DNA of 64,000 bases from Camelus dromedarius (lineage: Eukaryota): NCBI RefSeq assembly GCF_036321535.1, contig NC_087447.1, positions 44,518,001 to 44,582,000 of the forward strand. The letters are read 5' to 3'. Shown one piece after another: positions 61,401 through 64,000 of the stretch (positions are counted from its first letter, which is position 1; the number at the start of each line of letters is the position of its first letter). The position numbers and the translations under genes were made by a program. The notes below the pieces were generated by a model. The model was not told the DNA's origin, made no database searches, and saw nothing but the letters and a program-made list of their open reading frames with translations.

Positions 61401-63790
61401 CTGTTGCTCAGATACACCAGGCATACTCCCTCCTGCTGAGGGCCTTTGACTGGCAGTTCATTTCTTTCATTTCTTCCCCCAGAGAACCATATGGCCCACA
61501 CCCTCACCAAATTCAAGCCCTTGCTCAAATGTCACCTTCTGAATGAGGCCTATGCAGCCCACCCCATTAAGAACCGCCAGCCACCCTCCCTGGCATTCCT
61601 GACCCCTCTTTGCCTGCTGTACTCTTTCTTCTATACCACTTGTCACTTTCTAACATACTCCAAAATGTGGTTATATTTTATCTTTATTACTTGCCTTCCT
61701 CTCCCAACTAGAAGGTTGAGTTCATAAGGGCAGGGGGGTTTTGTCACTTGCTCACTGTATACCTCAAGCCTGGTGCACAGCAAGTATGTGTTGGACAAAC
61801 GGATGAGTTCAGTGAGATGTCTATGAGAAGAGACCTGGCCCACGGGGAGGACCATAGGGGTAAATGGTGATGCTTCCTATTGTGTTTGCCTCTGGCCATT
61901 ATTCCCTCATTCATCTCACAAGTTACTGCATTAGTGCTTAGCCAAAATTTACATTCAGTTGTGAGATACGTGTCAAAAGTAATTTGTAATTAATAACAAT
62001 TATAGTAGTGAGGTTTGCAATTTGCTGAAAAGACATCAGACCAGATTCAAGAATATTATGATAATGGGGAGGGTATGGTTCAGTGGTAGAGTGTGTGCTT
62101 AGCATACACAAGGTCCTGGGTTCAATCCCCAGTACTTCTGTTAAAAATAAATAAATGATTTTTTTAAAAAGAATATTACAATAAAACTGTCAGTCTCATT
62201 CACCTGAGTTCCAGTGTACCTTCTTGAGTGAGAGAAAAAGGGAAAATTTACACCCAAATGCTGAGAATCATGTGTCTTATCATGTAAGCATCATTTATCA
62301 CAGTGGTCAGAATACTTAAAGACTGAGAATCACCAGGCTATCAGAGCTCTGATCTGACCAAAACAAACAAACAAAACCTCACATACACATAAACAAAAAA
62401 AAGTAAATTAAAACTCTTTAAATCTTCCTTTGTCTGAAATCAAAAGATCTAGCTAGAGACCCACAAATATTCCAAACAGTAGCAGGAGAGGTCAAGGTCT
62501 GTGGTGTGTATCAGTCAGAGTAGAGGATGAGGGTCTCCCAATACTTGATCAAAGAGTAATCCCTTGTTTGAGGATGGTCCCAGAGTGCCCTCCACCTCAC
62601 ATTTGGTCAAAGGGCCCTCCCTGGGATTGAGGATCCCACAGGCAGAGATGGTAATAGTCGGCAGTTGGCCAAGAGGCAAATCAGAAGGAATGCGTCCTTC
62701 CAAGGGATCCTAGTAACTGACAGAAGTGACAGTACCTGAGAAAAGAAACCTGAGCCCACAAGTTCTTTACGTGCACAAGAGAACCAGCCTAGCTGCACCA
62801 CTGCACAGAAGCGCTAAGGCCAGTAGTTCTGTCCTGCCTCCTCGTATGCGCCAGTGAGGCCCTCACCAGCCACCTCTTTATAGATCCGTGGCTGTGGAGC
62901 ACCAAGAGCCCCTTTACCGGGGGCCTGCTGCCTGCTGTAGGGCTGGGCTGAACAGGCTACACAAAGGCTAAGATTTACAATGAGCACACCTTTACATTTC
63001 TCCTGCATAGGCTTTCAGTCCTCTGACCCCATCACATTCTGGTGGAACACTCACCTACTTGCCTTCCCTTCCAGACTGTGAGCCCCCAGTATCTCAACCC
63101 TAAGCGCAACACTTGACATATCCAATGTATTTAGATTTTGTACTGCAATTTTCATTTATAAAAGGGACTAAAATGAAGACATGTGATTCCTGAGTCTTGC
63201 TTAGGGTCACGTGGGATGCAGGTCCCTGAGTCTCAACCCTGATCTCAGTGGGAGGGCCCATCCTAGGGTGATGGTGGAAGGGGTGGAGACCCCCGGTACC
63301 AGTGAAGGTGGAATAGGCGTGGTGCAGTTCACTGAGGCGGCTGGCTGTGTTCTGGAACTGACGCTCCAGGGAGATGAGATGGCACTCGGTGCTCCTCTGC
63401 TCCTGGGCAGGGTCCATGAAGGGACCGGAAAGGGCCTTCTCAATCAGGCCCTCCAGCTCCGCCAGGGCCGCTGCCATCAGCTGCTGCAGCTTGGGCATGA
63501 TGGCATGTCGCTTGGTGAGCAGGAACTCTGAGGCCTGGCTTTTCTCAAACTGGAATGCCTCCCACGTGTCCAGAAGCTGTAGGGCAGGCAGCCGGTGGTC
63601 AAGCAGACGTGGTTGTGGAGGAGGGGCACAGAGAGGGACCGGCAACTCCCGACCGCCTTCTCACCAAGATGTCCAGCGCCTCATCCTCAGTACTGAAGAG
63701 GCTAACGCGGTTGCGGATGAGCTCATAGAGTGACCGTGTGTATTCCATTCGCTCCTCCAGTTCCGTGTACCTCTCGTTGGCCTCGTTCAG
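34421..63790 (-). CDS. DNHD1: Dynein heavy chain domain-containing protein 1, 3' 31 exons (5' end outside window)
   Basis: Exons in transcript order: 63665-63790, 63300-63576, 60977-61104, 60684-60882, 60181-60275, 59449-59656, 57909-58034, 57504-57601, 54530-57416, 54146-54323, 53789-53981, 53260-53548, 48915-50508, 48506-48714, 48105-48309, 47928-48030, 44176-44325, 43744-43926, 43181-43612, 42532-43003, 39948-40229, 39570-39722, 39214-39392, 38121-39083, 37734-37920, 37437-37559, 37149-37350, 36288-36379, 35975-36124, 34966-35753, 34421-34774. All GT-AG and phase-consistent; 11,625 nt. Dynein hallmarks: FPRLFFLSDSEL, YNYEYLG, GPAGSGKT, EIRSYRAPP, RWPLLLDPSNQA, GHWLVLENCHL, YSCPVY. Syntenic with RRP8/ILK/TAF10. 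Confidence 0.95.
35090..35690. promoter_or_regulatory. Intragenic CpG-rich island in the penultimate DNHD1 exon
   Basis: Sharp local rise in CpG/GC (e.g. gcgcagcgccgggaggcgcacgggggcgcgcc) relative to the flanking exons and introns. Confidence 0.55.
36410..37120 (+). mobile_element. LINE-2 fragment in DNHD1 intron
   Basis: ctccagcccaaacctctcctgagctccagaccc...gcagaagcctgggagccatccttgactcctccct matches the L2 3' region. Confidence 0.6.
40340..40500 (+). mobile_element. MIR SINE
   Basis: aagttgcttaagctcactatgactcaagttcctcagctgcaaaatgg resembles the MIR core. Confidence 0.55.
40801..40925 (+). mobile_element. tRNA-derived SINE (camelid vic-1-like)
   Basis: ggtatagctcagtggtagtgtgcatgcttagtatgcacgaggtcctgggttcaatcccca. 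TSD attaagtgtttaa at 40787-40799 and 40926-40938. Confidence 0.9.
40977..41482 (-). mobile_element. MaLR solo LTR (MLT1-like)
   Basis: About 505 bp with TG...CA termini. The - strand begins tgtggtaggcagaat and the + strand begins tgtattcatttcctattgct...aacaaattaccataaa, both typical of MLT1. Confidence 0.7.
44560..45830 (+). mobile_element. LINE-2 fragments in DNHD1 intron
   Basis: aacaacttccaaatctttgtatctagccc-like core and pyrimidine-rich L2 3' text. Boundaries approximate. Confidence 0.5.
46851..47010 (+). mobile_element. tRNA-derived SINE (camelid vic-1-like)
   Basis: gatatagctcagtggtagagtgcgtgctcagtatgcacaaggtcctgggttcgatacccag plus an A-rich tail. TSD not evident. Confidence 0.85.
50560..51700 (-). 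mobile_element. Old LINE-1 fragments
   Basis: Antisense L1 ORF1-region text (ctgaagaatatcttttagcatttcttgtagca; tttcagcagtttgaatgtgatgttcctag). Confidence 0.6.
50784..50962 (-). mobile_element. tRNA-derived SINE (camelid vic-1-like) nested in old L1
   Basis: Reverse complement of gggagggcatagctcagtggtagagtgcatgtctagcatgcacgaggcccggggttctag with a T-rich tail on the + strand. Confidence 0.85.
51900..52130 (+). mobile_element. MIR SINE
   Basis: cttggtcaagttataaaatctcagtttcttcatctttaaaat...actcaataaat. Confidence 0.55.
52800..53170 (-). mobile_element. LINE-2 fragment
   Basis: Antisense L2 text: agatttctagctgaagtgactggatggatggtggtac...gagatatccagtag. Confidence 0.55.
61370..61810 (+). mobile_element. 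LINE-2 3' end
   Basis: ttgctcaaatgtcaccttctgaatgaggcct...ctagaaggttgagttcataagggcaggggg...gcctggtgcacagcaagt. Confidence 0.6.
62066..62168 (+). mobile_element. tRNA-derived SINE (camelid vic-1-like)
   Basis: ggggagggtatggttcagtggtagagtgtgtgcttagcatacacaaggtcctgggttcaatccccagtac. TSD aagaatatta(tg/ca)ataa at 62049-62064 and 62169-62184. Confidence 0.9.
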
Positions 63791-64000
63791 CTGCAGGGAC
63801 TTTAGCATGAGACCTGCGCACCTCTCTGGGCCCATCCCTGGGGGGCACTCCCACCTGCTAGAGTCTCCAGAAGCCAGAAGGCACCTTTTAACCAACCGGG
63901 ATCAGGGCAGTCTGGGATCAGGTCCCCCATGTGACTTAGGTCTCCCCAAAGACAGCACAGTCCCTCCCCCAACAACTCTGATGACAGGGCAATCGCCCCC

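Noticed and set aside
63840..63900. Possible further DNHD1 exon ending at CAG|gtggga (about 63854)
   Set aside because: The upstream translation is not dynein-like and no acceptor is evident; the next true exon is probably outside the window.
1..64000. CRISPR arrays, operons, prokaryotic defence systems or foreign inserts
   Set aside because: The sequence is spliced mammalian DNA. I saw no regularly spaced repeat-spacer array and no intronless foreign ORF cluster.

Overview
Mammalian genomic DNA containing the conserved TAF10-ILK-RRP8-DNHD1 gene cluster. TAF10 (+, 5 coding exons, 218 aa) lies tail-to-tail with ILK (-, 12 coding exons, 452 aa). ILK is head-to-head with RRP8/nucleomethylin (+, 7 exons, 459 aa) across a CpG-island promoter. 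About 21 kb of repeat-rich intergenic DNA follows (L1, L2, MIR, MaLR LTRs). The rest holds the last 31 coding exons of DNHD1 (-, about 3,874 codons), whose 5' part is beyond the window end. All exon chains were rebuilt by hand from GT-AG sites and are phase-consistent. Six copies of a tRNA-derived SINE point to a camelid genome (inference). I found no evidence of a new multi-gene system. The best leads are a palindromic double poly(A) signal shared by TAF10 and ILK, an 88-nt DNHD1 intron that appears to be coding in the human reference protein, degenerate AAA motifs in DNHD1, and a MIR-derived poly(A) signal for RRP8. Repeat family names and boundaries are by eye and approximate.
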